Below are positions 41,165-55,260 of a stretch of 64,000 nucleotides of DNA, in pieces; the stretch's first letter is position 1, and the number at the start of each line of letters is the position of its first letter. The DNA comes from Octopus sinensis (lineage: Eukaryota), in the NCBI RefSeq assembly GCF_006345805.1, contig NC_043007.1, positions 7,936,001-8,000,000 of the forward strand, in the 5' to 3' direction. The translations under genes were made by a program, and so were the position numbers. The notes beneath the pieces are model-generated. The model saw only the letters and a program-made list of their open reading frames with translations, had not been told where the DNA came from and made no database searches.

Positions 41165-41600
41165 ATGGGTACAGGACGTCACAAAGTGTAAACAACATAA
41201 AATATGAAACCATGAAGTCCGAAATACGAAAAACATGAAATACGAAGCAAACATTTGTTCGCGAACAACCTGAGAAACAAATAGAAAACAAGACAAGTAA
41301 CATTTAAGAACAATCCTTCATCAGTTGTCGGCTCTTTATCTACTTCACATTTCGAGCAATTCGTGACAATATGTGCCTTCGAGAAAACAGTTGCTCCCGC
41401 AAACCAAAATAAAGTTTGGGATTTTGCGGAGGGTCAAAGTTGGCAACAAAAACAGGACAGTGAAACAAATAGTGAGGGCTACTAAGCCAGATGGTGCGAA
41501 CGCTGAGGAACATTCTAGGACAGGAGAAAAGATAGGAGAGGAGACAGACAAGATTACGTCTGATCTGTGCAACAGACCGGAAGAAAAGAAAGATGAATAA
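41165..41600. mobile_element. Penelope pLTR-like repeat
   Basis: Minus strand has CTGATGA AGGA TTGT TCTT AAA, a decayed hammerhead-like core near 41300-41330; classification tentative. Confidence 0.3.
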
Positions 41601-44327
41601 TTGTGGGAAAAAAGGAGGAGGATGGTCACGTGTGAACAACGAGAGAGTAAAGGGGGAAGAGGGAGAGAGAGGGGGCACAGATAGGAAACGGTGAAGGGGA
41701 GAAAAAAAGAATTCGAGAAAGTAAGAGAAAGAAGAACGAAAGAGGAGAGACAGAGAGAAAACAGTACAGAGGAGAGTTGCATCAAAATTATTAAGATGAA
41801 CTTACTTGGAAATGGATGCGTGGCGTTATCAGTATCTGTACATATATGTATGTATATATGCCTATATATATATATTATTTATATTATTATATGATTCAAC
41901 GCCACTCATCCATTTCCTAGTAAGTTTATATATATATACATACACACACACACACACATATATATATATACATTATCAGAGACATTTGGCTGCTTTGTCT
42001 TGCTAGTCGGAATACCACATAGAGGCTTCTTTTCTCTGCTACATATATATTTTATCGGAAAGAAGAACGAATTACAATCGCATTTCAAATTAATCCAAAC
42101 AGATGCACTTCTGTACAGTAAAGATTTATATTTTAGATTATATTGTATACGAATCAAGCTTTAACTTATCTAAGTCGGAACGGAGATAACGATAGAAATT
42201 CGCCATTTTAACTTTCGTTTTGCTCTATCCGTCTTGTTCTTTTCCTTTTCCTTTTTATCTCATATATGCCGTACTTGATAAATTAATCAAATCATTTGAT
42301 TTTAACTTTAAATTTAACAATTATTATCGCCGTTCAGAGTGTGTATGTGTGTGTGTTTCCTTTTGTCATATTTGCCTCTAGCTGCGTAGCTTTTAGCCTT
42401 AGTGTCAATAATTACTAAAAGTATCAAAACAGCATGACTTATGAATGAATAAATGTATACATGATGTAATTCAGTAGGTGTTTGGTAGAGAGAGTAATTC
42501 ATCTGGATTCACTCGCGAATCTTTCGATAATAGCTGCTGCTTTTCAAAACGCCTTTAAGTACTACAGTGCTACCCAGACACGGTTTCATTATTAGAATGG
42601 AACAAGTGTGAAGGCCGAACAAAAGGCCGAACAAAATGTAAATATGCATGTATCTACCTACAAACTCATTCCAGCGATGGAACAAATTAACGGTCGAACA
42701 ACAGGAATTTTTGAACGGAATGATAAAGTGTTGACGGTCGGATAACAGGCGTTTTTTAGACAAATAAATATGTCTTGACACAAGTTCACTCGCAGAATGG
42801 TACTCAAGTTTAACGGTTGGACAATAATAACTAGAGTACAGTGAGAGTTATGAAACGCATCGGTTCGATCCTTTTTCCAGCTGCTAAAATGTTGATCACG
42901 GGCCTTAATTTCACAGTGAAGGAAATAGAGATTTATCTATGCAAAGGAAACTAGGCACAATCCGTGTCGGCTAGCAATAAAGTCAATTCATAAAATTCAT
43001 CCATCCGTAAAGGCGGTGAATTAATAGAATAGCTGGAGCGTTTCATGAAACACGTGGAATGGTTAATGCTGGATCTCTGCTCCCTGAGTTCAAATCCCAC
43101 TGAGATGAACTTTGTCTTTTATCCCTCCGTGGTCGAGAAATAAATCATGATTCATGAAGTTTGACTATCTGAGTCATTGGAGCGTCGGATAGAATATCCT
43201 GTGTATCTGATCCGGTTTTGTGCGTTCCGAGTTGCAATCCTTCCGAGCTGAACTTTGTCTTTCAACTTTGTCAGTGGATTGACGGAATCGTTTGGGCGTT
43301 GGACGAGATGCCTTGTGATATCTGATCCGGCTCTATACGTTCTGAGTTTAAACCCCACCTCTTACTACTGGTACCAAGAACAAAAAAGGACGGTAGCAAT
43401 TTTGTCAGGAGCTGTGACCAACGAATAGCATCAGCAACTGAAAAACCAATGAAAACATAGTCTTCTTCATTCGATCGTAAAATTGGCTGCCACCATAAAA
43501 CTCGAAAGTTTGTGTGACGAGGCACATAAAACTGTATCGTAAGAAGCAGAAATAATTATCTGCTGCAATTCTACTGCTCTGCTGTAAATTTTCAAAATCG
43601 ATTTAATGATTTAAGTTTTATAGTATCATAGGCCCTATTTATATAACCTACATTTTGTGAGAGCGTGCGGTTAGGACGTTACCAGAACGATCGCGAGATT
43701 GTGGTCTCGATTTCCGGACCAGACGGTGCGAGACACTTCGCCTTACCTTGTTCTGCGATCACTTAGACACCTGACACGTGGCACATCGTGTGCCTCTATT
43801 GTTTCAAATCTTGGCCCAACGCCAGCAATTTTGGAGGAGGAGTAAGTCGATTTGATCGGCCTCAGTGCTCAGCAGGTACTTATTTTATCGACTTCGAGGG
43901 ATGAAAGATGAAGTTCAACCGAATGGAATTAGCAGTCAGAACGTAAAGTCGAAAGAAATACCGATAAGCATTTTATCCGGCGCAGTAACGACTCCGCTTG
44001 CTCGCCACCTTCGGTACAATGATGTGCAGCACAAACCTTTGACCACGATTAACAAATTCTCTGTTCAGTTGATCAGTTGTTCAATTGCGAGACCCACATC
44101 TATCGTCTGCCACAGTAAAATCCACGACCTTGCTTTAATGGCTATTGTCTACTGCTTGAGGTAAGCACTACTCTATTGCAAAAATAGAATTAAGGCGAGG
44201 AATTGCCTAAAAAGCGACACAGCGCTGAATGGAATGATACGCAGGATTTGTTCTCATTATGCTATTTAGATTTTGTAATGCAACCAAGCTGTTGCTACAC
44301 GGGTCTTTAGTCGATTACATTGACCCT

Positions 44328-44358
<31 letters not shown>

Positions 44359-45213
44359 CACACACACACACAGTGAAGTAATCTGACTGGTACTTATTCT
44401 ATGTCGCTCATATGTGGTGAAAGGCAAGTTAAGTTTGGAGTGAAAGGATGTAACCGAGCGGAAATGAAAACTGAAACTTTTCTGTTCGACGCTCCGATTT
44501 GGTTCAGCTCACCCCGATGCACTTACATTGACACACACACACACGATAGACACACAGACATACAGACACACACAGAGACACACAGACAGGCCCACGAACC
44601 ACGTAAAAACTCCCACGTGGGCCTTGTCTACGCACAGATTTCCTTGTTCGAAAAACACTTCAAGTGGCGCTATTGGAATGCGGATCTAGAGGTTGCTGAG
44701 AACTTTTTGTCGATGTCTATCAATAGACACAAACTCGGTTCCTCAGGTGTCTCAGGTGCTCCCCGTCAACTCTATAAGATATTCCACAACATGTTGATAA
44801 TTCCTTTTTTTTATTTGTTCCACAGTTTATTTTATTTATTTCCTGTGTCAACTAATTTCCTTATTTTAAGAGGATTTTTACTGTTGTTCAAACTGTAATA
44901 TTGTTTCTCTTCAGATATTGTGAACTTGGAATGTCAAAATGCCAGAGAAAGAGCGTGGGGTTGGAAATTGTTAAGAATAAAACAAAAAAAGAAAGCAACA
45001 ATGTCCATTTTCCATCAAAGACATTTAAAGTTCTGACATAACGGTAAAGCTAAAAGAAGTATTTTGCAACAAAATCTAAAAGAAAAAAAAAATTGAAAAG
45101 AAAACATATGAAGCGCATTGAAAAGTAGCAAACGGATAGAAGAAGAAGAAGAAGAAGAAGAAGAAGAAGAAGAAGAAGAAGAAGAAGAAGAAGAAGAAGA
45201 AGAAGAAGAAGAA

Positions 45214-45659
45214 GGGCTACAGCAGATATTATTCGGCTCAATACCACAGATTTGCCTGTCAGTTGTTTGACCATAAATAGTTGATCATGTCCCTTAGTGG
45301 CTAATGATATGTGCATCTCCGATCACGAGCAGATGTTGTGGGGGAGCATCATAGCCTTGGGTTAAAAGGAATTCTTTGGAGTTTGAATAATTTACCTCTG
45401 GAAACATGGGTGTTTCGTTCAATATCCTTAAACAACTCTTATTCAAGGACCTTTTGAGCAGGATGGGTTACTCGACCTGAAGAAAATTCTAACTTGGTCC
45501 CACCTGCAAGGTCAGTCGCTGTTTATCTTGATATGTCGCGCACACATGATTGTGATACATGTGCTTGGTGTACCCTTATCAGCCGAGTAGTTATGATGGG
45601 TGTGCTGGGCTTCGTATATTTTTCCCCAGTGTCACTTTGATGGCATGAACTGCTCTCAC

Positions 45660-45660
<1 letters not shown>
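45214..45660 (+). mobile_element. Unclassified ~550-bp repeat, copy B (lacks the first ~100 bp)
   Basis: Colinear with ~6045-6487; followed by (AAT)n and a minus-strand Nin-SINE at 45755-45932. Confidence 0.75.
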
Positions 45661-45701
<41 letters not shown>

Positions 45702-45718
45702 TTAATAATAATAATAAT

Positions 45719-45755
<37 letters not shown>

Positions 45756-47261
45756 GTCCTTTTGGCAGAAGGCCAGCAATTTCGAGGGAGGGACTAAGTC
45801 GATTACATCGACCCCACTACTCAACTGGTACTTGTATCGACCCCGATAGGATAAAAAGCAAAGTCGACCTCTGCGGAATTTGAACTCAGAATGTGAAGAC
45901 GAATAAAATACCGTTAAGCATTTTATCCGAAGTGTTGGTGTCATTGTTGGAATTTTATGTTGTTAAAATCATTAGAGCACCGGAACAATACTCTGCCGTA
46001 TCTGTCAAGGTGCTTTCCTTTCTGGGTTCAAATTCCATCAGGCTTAACTTTACCTTTTTTCCCCTCTAGAGTCGCTGAAATCAAGTATTGGACAAGTACT
46101 CAATGTCGACGTAATCGGTTGCTCTACTTCCTCAGTTTCGGGTTTTGTACCTATGTTAGAAACAGTTACTGTTGTTATTTTGTTCTGAATAATTCGAGGT
46201 TACTTGATGGCTAATGGATAAAAGGATGTCAGAATATTTGCACGTTCACTCCTGGGTAGAGAAATGGGTTCGTCCTGAGGTATTTCTGTTGTATACAAAT
46301 ACTTTTGCAAACACTCATTTCGTTTTGTCGTTTATTAGTGCAATGTGTTCGTGTCTAGAGTAGCGAGAGGAGATGCCAGCCATAAAAAGGTAGAGGTGAA
46401 TACGCCCCAAACCTTTTGCAAACAGCAAAGAAAAAACACAAGTTTAAAAGCAATGATAACCAGAAGAAAAAAATGGCAGATGAATAGAGTCGTAGACACA
46501 TTTAGAAATTGACAAGTGGAAAAGAAAAAATGCCACAAAACAAACATACTGAGCAAAATAAAAGAAAATAAAAAGCAGCCACAACAGCGGTTCATTGTTT
46601 GCTAGCGCTGCAATCTAAAAAGAAATACGAGACATGGGTCAACTTTAGGCAAAAGAAGAATGGGAATTTCAGAGAAAAAGTAATTTTTAAACAGATTTTC
46701 TTATGAAAAAAATGTGTCCTTTATGTTATATTTTTCTGTTGTTCCGGTTTTACGAAGAGAAAGCTTTTTGTTTGAGAGCGAACTTCATTACCCACGGTAT
46801 TCAAAAAAATAAAAGTTTGTCTTTAAGCGTTTTTTTTTTAACTGTTTACATATTTTCGGCTATTTACACATCTTGCATCCGTTCAATGGTGTCCACTTCG
46901 GGAGGACAGTGGACAAAGACGTGCTCGCTACAGTGGTGGCAGATGCAGATGCAATAATGCAAACAAACACAGACTAAAGAGTGTTTTCGAATGAAGTTTA
47001 AGAAAAATAAGAAGCAATGAGATCAATCTTACACTTTGTGCTTCGAGCTTAAGCACGGTTCCACAATAAGAGACAAAATAATATGTTGATGTGAATATTC
47101 ATTTAAAGTGGGGAAACAACAGATCGAACCACAATGACAACTCCTCCGACATTTTATAAAAACCCATCTTAGCCATCGAAGGGGATGGGATCAAAAGAAG
47201 CGACAATTGAAACAACTTCAGGGAAAAGAGAAGAAATGGATGAGGAATGTTATAAAAATCA

Positions 47262-47476
47262 AGCGCAGGAGAGGCTGTGTGGTAGTAGCTTGCTTACCAA
47301 CCACATGGTTCCGGGTTCAGTCCCACTGCGGGGCACCTTAGGCAAGTGTCTTCTACTATAGCTTCGGGCCAACCAAAATCTTGTGAGTGGATTTGATAGA
47401 CGAAAACTGAAAGAAGCCTGTCGTATTTATGTATATATATATATATATGTGTGTGTATGTGTGTGGGTGTGTGAGT

Positions 47477-47517
<41 letters not shown>

Positions 47518-47740
47518 TGTGCGCGTATATGTTTGTGTGTCTGTGTTTGTCCCCTAACATCGCTTGACAACCGATGATGGTGTTTATGTCCATGTAACTT
47601 AGCGGTTCGCAAAAGATACCGATAGAATAAGTACTAGGCTTACAAAGAATAAGTCCTGGGGTCGATTTGCTTGACTAAAGGCGGTGCTCCAGCATGGCCG
47701 CAGTCAAATGACTGAAACAAGTAAAAGAGTAAAATAGTAA
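47262..47740 (+). mobile_element. Full-length CORE-type SINE with internal microsatellite
   Basis: Head GCGCAGGAGAGGCTGTGTGGTAG, B box, CORE, (TA)/(TG)n, tail ending AAGTAAAAGAGTAAAA. A Nin-SINE follows at 47870-48080. Confidence 0.85.
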
Positions 47741-48247
47741 AAAAAAAAGCCTCTTTTTTGCAGAATTTATCCCGGAATGGGGCGAGAAAGTCGGTGGTAA
47801 AATTCTCGGTTTCCTAAAACGCGAAAAACAAATTCCAAAGGCTTTCAAAATGATCTCTTACTTTTAGGCCACGGGCTGGCAGAATTGTTAGCACGGTTGG
47901 ACAAGACGCTTGACGGCATTTCATCCCTCTTTATGTTTTGAGTTCAAATTCCGCCGAGGTTGATTTTGCCTTTCATCCTTTCGAAGTTGATAAAATAAAG
48001 TACCAGTTGAGTAGTGGGGTTGATGTAATCGAATTATCCACTCTTCCAAATTGCTGGCCTTGTGTCAAAATTTAAAACCAATCTTGAATTATATCGAGGA
48101 AGGAGCATCAACAACTTAAAGGCCTAGAGTTTCGTGGTGAAGTAATAGGGAAACTAAATGAGATTTCAAAGTTAATCCTAATTTATCCTTTATATGAACG
48201 TGGTGGGGGGTAGTGAAAATATACGCATGCGCATATGTACGTATATA

Positions 48248-48581
48248 TCTTTTATCATTTACTGGTTTCAGTCATTTGACAGCGACCATGTTGGGGCACC
48301 GCCTTGAGGACATTTTAGTCGAATATGTCAATTCCAGAGTTTATTTTTTAAAGTCTGCTCCCTAGTCTATATGTCTCTTTTACTGAACCGCTAAGTTACG
48401 GGGACGTTAATAAACTACATCCGATCGTCAAGCGGTTGTGAGGAACAAACACAAATAGAAAGATACGTGCACACAAACGCACAAAAACATACATACATAT
48501 GTGTGTATATATATATACATACATATATACATATATATATATACACACACGCACATGCATACATATGTATATATATATATT

Positions 48582-48628
<47 letters not shown>

Positions 48629-48760
48629 GCGACAGTTTCTTTCAGTTTCTGTCCAACAAATCCACTGACAAGGCTTTGGTCGGCCCGTGTATGTGGTAGA
48701 AGAGACTTGACCAAAGCGCCATGCAATGGGATTGAACCTGGCACCATGTGATTGGAAATC
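48248..48760 (-). mobile_element. CORE-type SINE inverted relative to 47262-47740
   Basis: Reverse-complement family motifs. Confidence 0.75.
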
Positions 48761-48939
48761 AAATAAAGAAGAAAGGTAGATTAAAACGGTGAATGGAAAA
48801 GAAACAGAACGAGACTAACAGAAAGAAAAAAAAACTGATATCAATTTGTGTAACAGGAAGAAGATTAAAAAACGCAAATATGAAGATAAAAAGAAGTCAC
48901 AAAAGACAATCGAAAATATATATACATACACTCTGGCAC

Positions 48940-48973
<34 letters not shown>

Positions 48974-49130
48974 ATAAAGAAGAACAAAAGATTCACTTCA
49001 CTGACTTAAACATCAAAGCTCTGCCTTACCTACAATTTCCTTGTCTATGACAGCTGACCAGATGTATAACAAAATAATTACTTTGTAAAGACATATATAT
49101 ATATATATAATATATATATATATATTATAT

Positions 49131-49161
<31 letters not shown>

Positions 49162-49489
49162 TGATAAAACGGTAAAATAACAAAAGAAAGAAAGAGACCT
49201 CAATATTATGTAAATATTATGAAATTTATCTATACAATATGTTACATTACTCGGTAGTCAAGATAAAACTCTGAGTTTCAGATGCCGAAGTGGAAATCCA
49301 CAACACCATCTCTTCGGTTATCTGGCTATTTGAAAACGTTACGAAAAAAATTTTTTTTTTTTTTTTTTTTCATAACGTTTTCAAATAGCCAGATAACCGA
49401 AGAGATGGTGTTGTGGATTTCCACTTCGGCATCTGAAACTCAGAGTTTTATCTTGACTACCGAGTAATGTAACATATTGTATATATATA

Positions 49490-49537
<48 letters not shown>

Positions 49538-50334
49538 TAATACATACATACATACATACATACATACATACATACATACATACATACATACATACATGCA
49601 TACCGGAAGCGGCGATGGTGGAGATTCATGTTTTTATATAAAAAGAAAATTTCATTTAAAATTTATTTATTACTCTTATGAATTTTCCTATTTTAAAATA
49701 CTTTTCGTTTTGAACATCGTTTCTTTTCTCTCTAATTAACGAAGTTTTTAACATCTTTTGCATGTCGATTAAGGGAAAAAATGTTCAATTGAAAAATATT
49801 TAAAGAAAATAATGACAATATAATTTTAAAGAAAAAATTTTACATCAAAAGCTAAATCTCTATCACCGCCTTTAAGAAGCAACCAGCAGCTGAATTGAAT
49901 GCTTTTGAAATTGAATGCGTCGAGAATCTGGGTGGCCTAGCGGTTAAGTTATTGACTTCATACTCATAAGATCGTTGGTTCGAGTCTTGTAGCGGTTGAT
50001 CACTTTAATTTTACGTTGCTCCAGTTATGCCCTTGAACTCCTTACTTTTTATTTGGTGCAGCTTTAATCAACTCAGCTGAAAATTAGTATAATCACCAGC
50101 CTATTGCTGGTGTAGAAAGTATCTATCGTCTGCTCGTAACAGCACAGGCACCTTAAACAACTAAAGAAAGCATGGTACGTGGTACCAGATCACACTCATG
50201 AAATATAACAAAGGTGAATAGGAAGACTAATGAGTTTTTGTTATGTCAGTCAAATTCTACCACCAGGTAGAACAATAAACTGGATGTTTTGAAAGAGAGA
50301 ATATGAAATCGTCACCATAATTATTGTTATAACA

Positions 50335-50545
50335 ACAGTCCTGTCTACTATAGTTAGAAATTTGAGGGAGGGAACTAGTCCATTTCATCGACCCCAGTGC
50401 ATAACTGGTACTTAATTTATCGGCCCCGAAAGGATGAAAGGCAAAATCGACCTTGACGGAATTTGAACTCAGAACGTAGCGACAGGCGAAATACCGCTAA
50501 GAATTTCGCCCGGAGTGCTGACGTTTCTGGCATCTCGCTGCCTTA
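50335..50545 (-). mobile_element. Nin/Deu-domain SINE
   Basis: Family motifs on the minus strand. Confidence 0.8.
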
Positions 50546-51830
50546 ACAATAATAATGACGTGAAATATTGGATTTTTTTCACTCTTTCTATCAAATTAAT
50601 TCAAATGCGAACTTTCAGAGCATATTTAATCTGGCTCTCAGCCATGCTGCCATTCTAGCAACTTATATAAAGATGACTATCACCAGGTCTTTCTAAACTA
50701 GCAAAGGAAGCATCTCCATGGTCAGTTGACATGCTAGAAATAATAACCTAAATCTTCTTCAAAGTACAGCCTGCCATCTTTATAAGTAAGGCATTAGATA
50801 CTTCTTGGGTGGCAAATGCCGTTAAGCAAGAGTTAAACAAGGAAGAGTTTAACAAAGTCCATGACCCGATATCGCTTCCTGATTAAAACCATTTTAATTC
50901 CGCTGCGCTGCTTGCACAAATAGCGAATGACGTTCATGTTAGATTCTATCGTCCGTCTTTGACTGCAAATTTGATTTCTTGCAAGGAGCAAAATTAAAAC
51001 CGATAATAACATTTATCTCACGCAATTGAACAGTGTGATATTCTGAGAGTGAGGCTGGTGATGAGCTGTAATGATAGTAGAAGTGGTTGAGGTTGTAGTG
51101 GTGATGGATGTGATGATGGTGGTGGCGTGAGTCCTTTCATTGCTAAAAGTCAAGAGTATTTGGTGTACGGCTTGTAAAGTACACGTGCATGTGTATGTGC
51201 AGAGAGAGAGAGGGACATAGAGAGAGGGAGAGAGAGAGGGGGAGAAAATGGAAAGTAGTAATGCTAATAATGATAGACTAATTTCGACTGACGGGTAACC
51301 CGGGTGTTTGAGTATGAAACAAGTAGCAAACGTTTGGGTCGTGGATTGTAATTTGCTTCGTCCAAACCCACCCGAATGCAAACGGATATTTCTGCGTCGA
51401 AGTAGAAGATGCAGCTGTATGCAGTGACTGCACTGTTTGAATTTACTTCCTTCGTTAGGTTGCACTTTCGATTTCTGCTTTCCCCGATAGACTTGAACCA
51501 AAATAAAAACGCTATCAATGGGGCACGACTTCCGGTTGTAAAACTGTCGTTCTAAAATGAACCCAAAAGATTCTGTAAGTAATTGCCTCTGTCTGATAGT
51601 TCGAACTGCGAGGAATGGCAGTCGAATTTCTTTTAGACACCGACCCACCGTCTGTAAAGGAGAAAAGAAATTTGATAATGTATTTTTGAATGATATTATG
51701 TCTGATAGTCAAAACACGCGGTGGTCACAGCTGGAACGTCTTTGATCAAATATCTCATCTATCAGAAGAACTGGCCTCAGGTTGAGCACCAGCGACGACA
51801 AATAGAATTGGATTTAAAATTGAGCGAGAG

Positions 51831-51894
<64 letters not shown>

Positions 51895-53094
51895 AGGTTA
51901 AAGAACGGAAAAGCTCAGTAAATACTTCATAAAGATATGACATTCTTTTAGAAAGCTTGAGTTAAAAACAAACCAATTTATTAATATCAGTGTCCTCTCG
52001 CCTTATCCAACACTTCCACCCATTCCGAGATAATCTACAGAAAAGCTGTTGTCTTGCTTTCTATAAAGTAAATACTTTCTTAGTCAAAAGTTTAAACAAT
52101 AATTTGTTCCACTGCTGCTACTACGACTGCCTACTTTTAACTCATTTAAGTCCTTTCGTGGCTAACACTAGAGAATGCGTTTTAATACCGACCATAAATT
52201 GTTGATTCGAAAGTCAAGATTCGCCATTGTCAGCTTCAGATGTCTCTTTGGTCTCTTTGATAAAATCAATACGAAAAATATACCAACGGTAATATGGCAT
52301 TAAATAGTTTAGACTACACATACATACATTTACACATACGTACATACATACACATATATATAATTGCACACACACACTCACGCATATGAATATGTGTATG
52401 TATATATATATGCGCGTGTGCGTGTGTGTGCGCGCGTGTGTGTATGTGCGTGTGTGTGTGCGCGCGCGTGTGTGTGTGTGTAGTCTAAACAATTTAATGT
52501 CATATTATCGTTGGTATATTTTTCGTATTGATGCAAGCAAATGGCTGGAACAAGTAAAAGAATAAAAGAATATATATATATATATATCGTTTTTGTATTT
52601 GGTTTGCAAGATTCTTTATATGAAGTCGTGTGTTGAAGCCTATTTTGTGTCTGGGGAGAGTCATTCTCTTTTAGTACCTTATTACTTAACACACTCACCG
52701 GTTCGATTTCCACTCTTATCTTTTCTAAAATTTTCGTTGCGTCTTGCAACGTTTTCAATAGTCGTTGACTGTCTTTTATCCGAGTTGCGTTCTTTTTGTT
52801 TGTTTCTGCGCATGTGTGGAGGCCAGTGTGTATGTGTATACACATAGGTATGTATGTACGTATGTATATACGTATGTATGTATGTGTATGCATGTATGTA
52901 TTCTGCATATTCATGTGTTTGTGTGTTTGTGGGACAGTGACACAGAGGCAAAGATCTCCTTAGCTAGAAATAGACTCCGACACATCTTAGACCGGTGCAA
53001 CAAAACCACTAAAAGATATGAGGTGGGGGTGGACCCACCATCTCAGTTCATCTGTAACCAAAGGCCTAGGAAAACAGAAGCAGAGAATTAGGAA

Positions 53095-54350
53095 CAGGGA
53101 ATTAGTGTGCCTCCCCACGGATGAGTCAATCGACAGCCCACAGAACTATGTCCAGACCGTCAGTAGCATGAGAGAAGTTGCACCACAGGAACATGAAAGA
53201 GTGGAAAATCTCCTCAATGCTCAAATGGGAATGTGGTGCGACATACTCCAACCCAAAAGAAACGGACAGAACTAAATTTCCAAGCATTCAACAACGATGT
53301 TCCTACGCTTATATGGGAAACGTAAGGACCATAAATCCTACGTAAACCGTTATGGAGCCCTCAAACTGGCAAGTTTGCGGACCGAATATCTCCAGCAATT
53401 ATAGGGTATCCTACTTCCTCTCACAGGTATTACGACCACTCATTGTCCCCAGATGTCCCCAGATGTCTGGGTGAGCACGGAGGAGCTCCTCAGTAGAATC
53501 AGTAGTTGCAACCACTCCAACGACCTCACAGGTTGTGTAGCGGGTAATATGGATGTAGTTTCACTCTGCCCGTCTATAGACATAGATGATTTTGCTGTGG
53601 AAAATGCACTGAGATTATCTGAGAGTGAAGTAGAGTTCGGCGAAGTCATCACGGGAGAACTGGGCTTCCTCCTTAAACTAAGCTATAACTGTAACTACCT
53701 AGACAATCATGACCTTCGCAGATTTCCCCCCACCATATGCAATGAAACTAGTGGTGCCTGCCCTAGATATAGAAGTAAAGATGAAATAGGATACAAGGAG
53801 TTTGTGACAAAGCAAACAGGGTAACCACGTGGTACAAGACCGACAAATAACAAGGAGTGATGTTTGTAGAGGCCACAGCTCAAGGAGAACTAGCCCGAAG
53901 ATTTAGAAAAGCTTTGAAGGAGGCCAAACTCCTCCATCAGGTCACAACTACGTAGGACGTATTCCTTTGAGAAAATACCACATGCACCAATGATAACTGC
54001 ATGGTATGCAAGATTAACTGTAGAACTAGGAATGTCGTCTACAGTATAAGATGCATAGACAAGAACATGATATACATAGGTGAGACATCTAGGAACATTG
54101 CGGAAAGACTAGATGAACATCTGAGACTAAATGACGACCAAAACAGCCCTCCATACCCTACCAACATACCAAGGACCAACATGGAGGCACACTGGGTCAA
54201 CTTAACATCCACATTTTATCCAAGCACCCGAAGGATTAAACACTGAGACAAATACAGGCGTGCGTCTTCATAAATGAAACATCCCCAGTACTGAATAGGA
54301 AATATACGTAGAAGGTAGTCATACCCCAATACCCACAGTTTATATATACA
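53095..54350 (+). mobile_element. Penelope-like element remnant (RT motifs 1-3 and GIY-YIG endonuclease)
   Basis: LVCLPTDES, KDHK, SYFLSQVLRPL, MDVVSLCPSID (RT3, DVxSLYPSI type), then INCRTRNVVYSIRC...MIYIGETSRNIAERLDEH (GIY-YIG). The central RT is missing. Confidence 0.85.
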
Positions 54351-54370
54351 CAGGTAGAGTTGTTAGTAGG

Positions 54371-54448
<78 letters not shown>

Positions 54449-54638
54449 GAGATATGTAGGTAGGTAGGTAGGTAAGTAGGTAAATAGATATGTAAGTAAA
54501 CAGATAGACAGACAGATAGGTAATACGGACAGGCAGGCACACACACACACACACACATACACACAAACAAACATGAACATACAGACACATGACTATGCAG
54601 AATACATACATACAAACGTACACGCAGGCATGCATGTA

Positions 54639-55260
54639 CAGGGTGTGTAAAATATTTGCGGACAGATTGATGTGCATAAACATTCAGATATATAATAAGA
54701 GATAATAACTTTATTTATCAAAAAATGCTATGAGGATAAAAACAAACCTTCATTTTCTATAATGTTATTCCAGAAAGCCACCTTCAGCTTCAACAACTGC
54801 TTCTATATGAGATTTAAATCATCTACATGCTCGAATCAAGTGGTCCTGGTTCATTTTGGACATTACTCTGACTATGGCAGCTTTCAAAGAATCTTTGGTG
54901 CTATGGGCATGTTCATTGATCTCTCTCTCAACAACGCTCCACATGTAATAGTCCAATGGATTGAGATCTGGGGAATTAGGAGGCCAAATATTAGGGGTTG
55001 TGTGATCATGAATATTTTCAGCCATCCTTTCCTGTATTACTAGAACCATGTGTGATAGTGCAGAGTCTTACTGAAACACATATGGCCTTCCATTGAATAC
55101 ACTGTCTATCCAGGTCCTCAATGTTAGGCAGCAGAGTTAACTCTAAGGCTTTGTGGAAAGAAGTAAGAAATGGATGAACATCCCTTCTTGTATAACCTCG
55201 ACTACAAAGTCCACCATCTCCGGTTTTAAAACGGTATTGAATGTATTTCGAAGGGAATAT
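54639..55260 (-). mobile_element. Tc1/mariner (maT, DD37D-like) transposase 3' remnant with one TIR
   Basis: WPPNSPDLNPLDYYMW; terminus TA|CAGGGTGTGT at 54637-54648. Confidence 0.82.

Noticed and set aside
41345-41785. Hydrophobic minus-strand ORF resembling transmembrane segments
   Set aside because: Derived from purine-rich low-complexity and repeat sequence; lacks class A GPCR signatures.
44401-44898. 165-aa plus-strand ORF
   Set aside because: Stitched from SINE, (CA)n and T-rich sequence; no recognisable domain.
51013-51648. 211-aa minus-strand ORF as receptor exon 2
   Set aside because: No GPCR motifs; it runs through (GA)n and (GGT)n low-complexity sequence.
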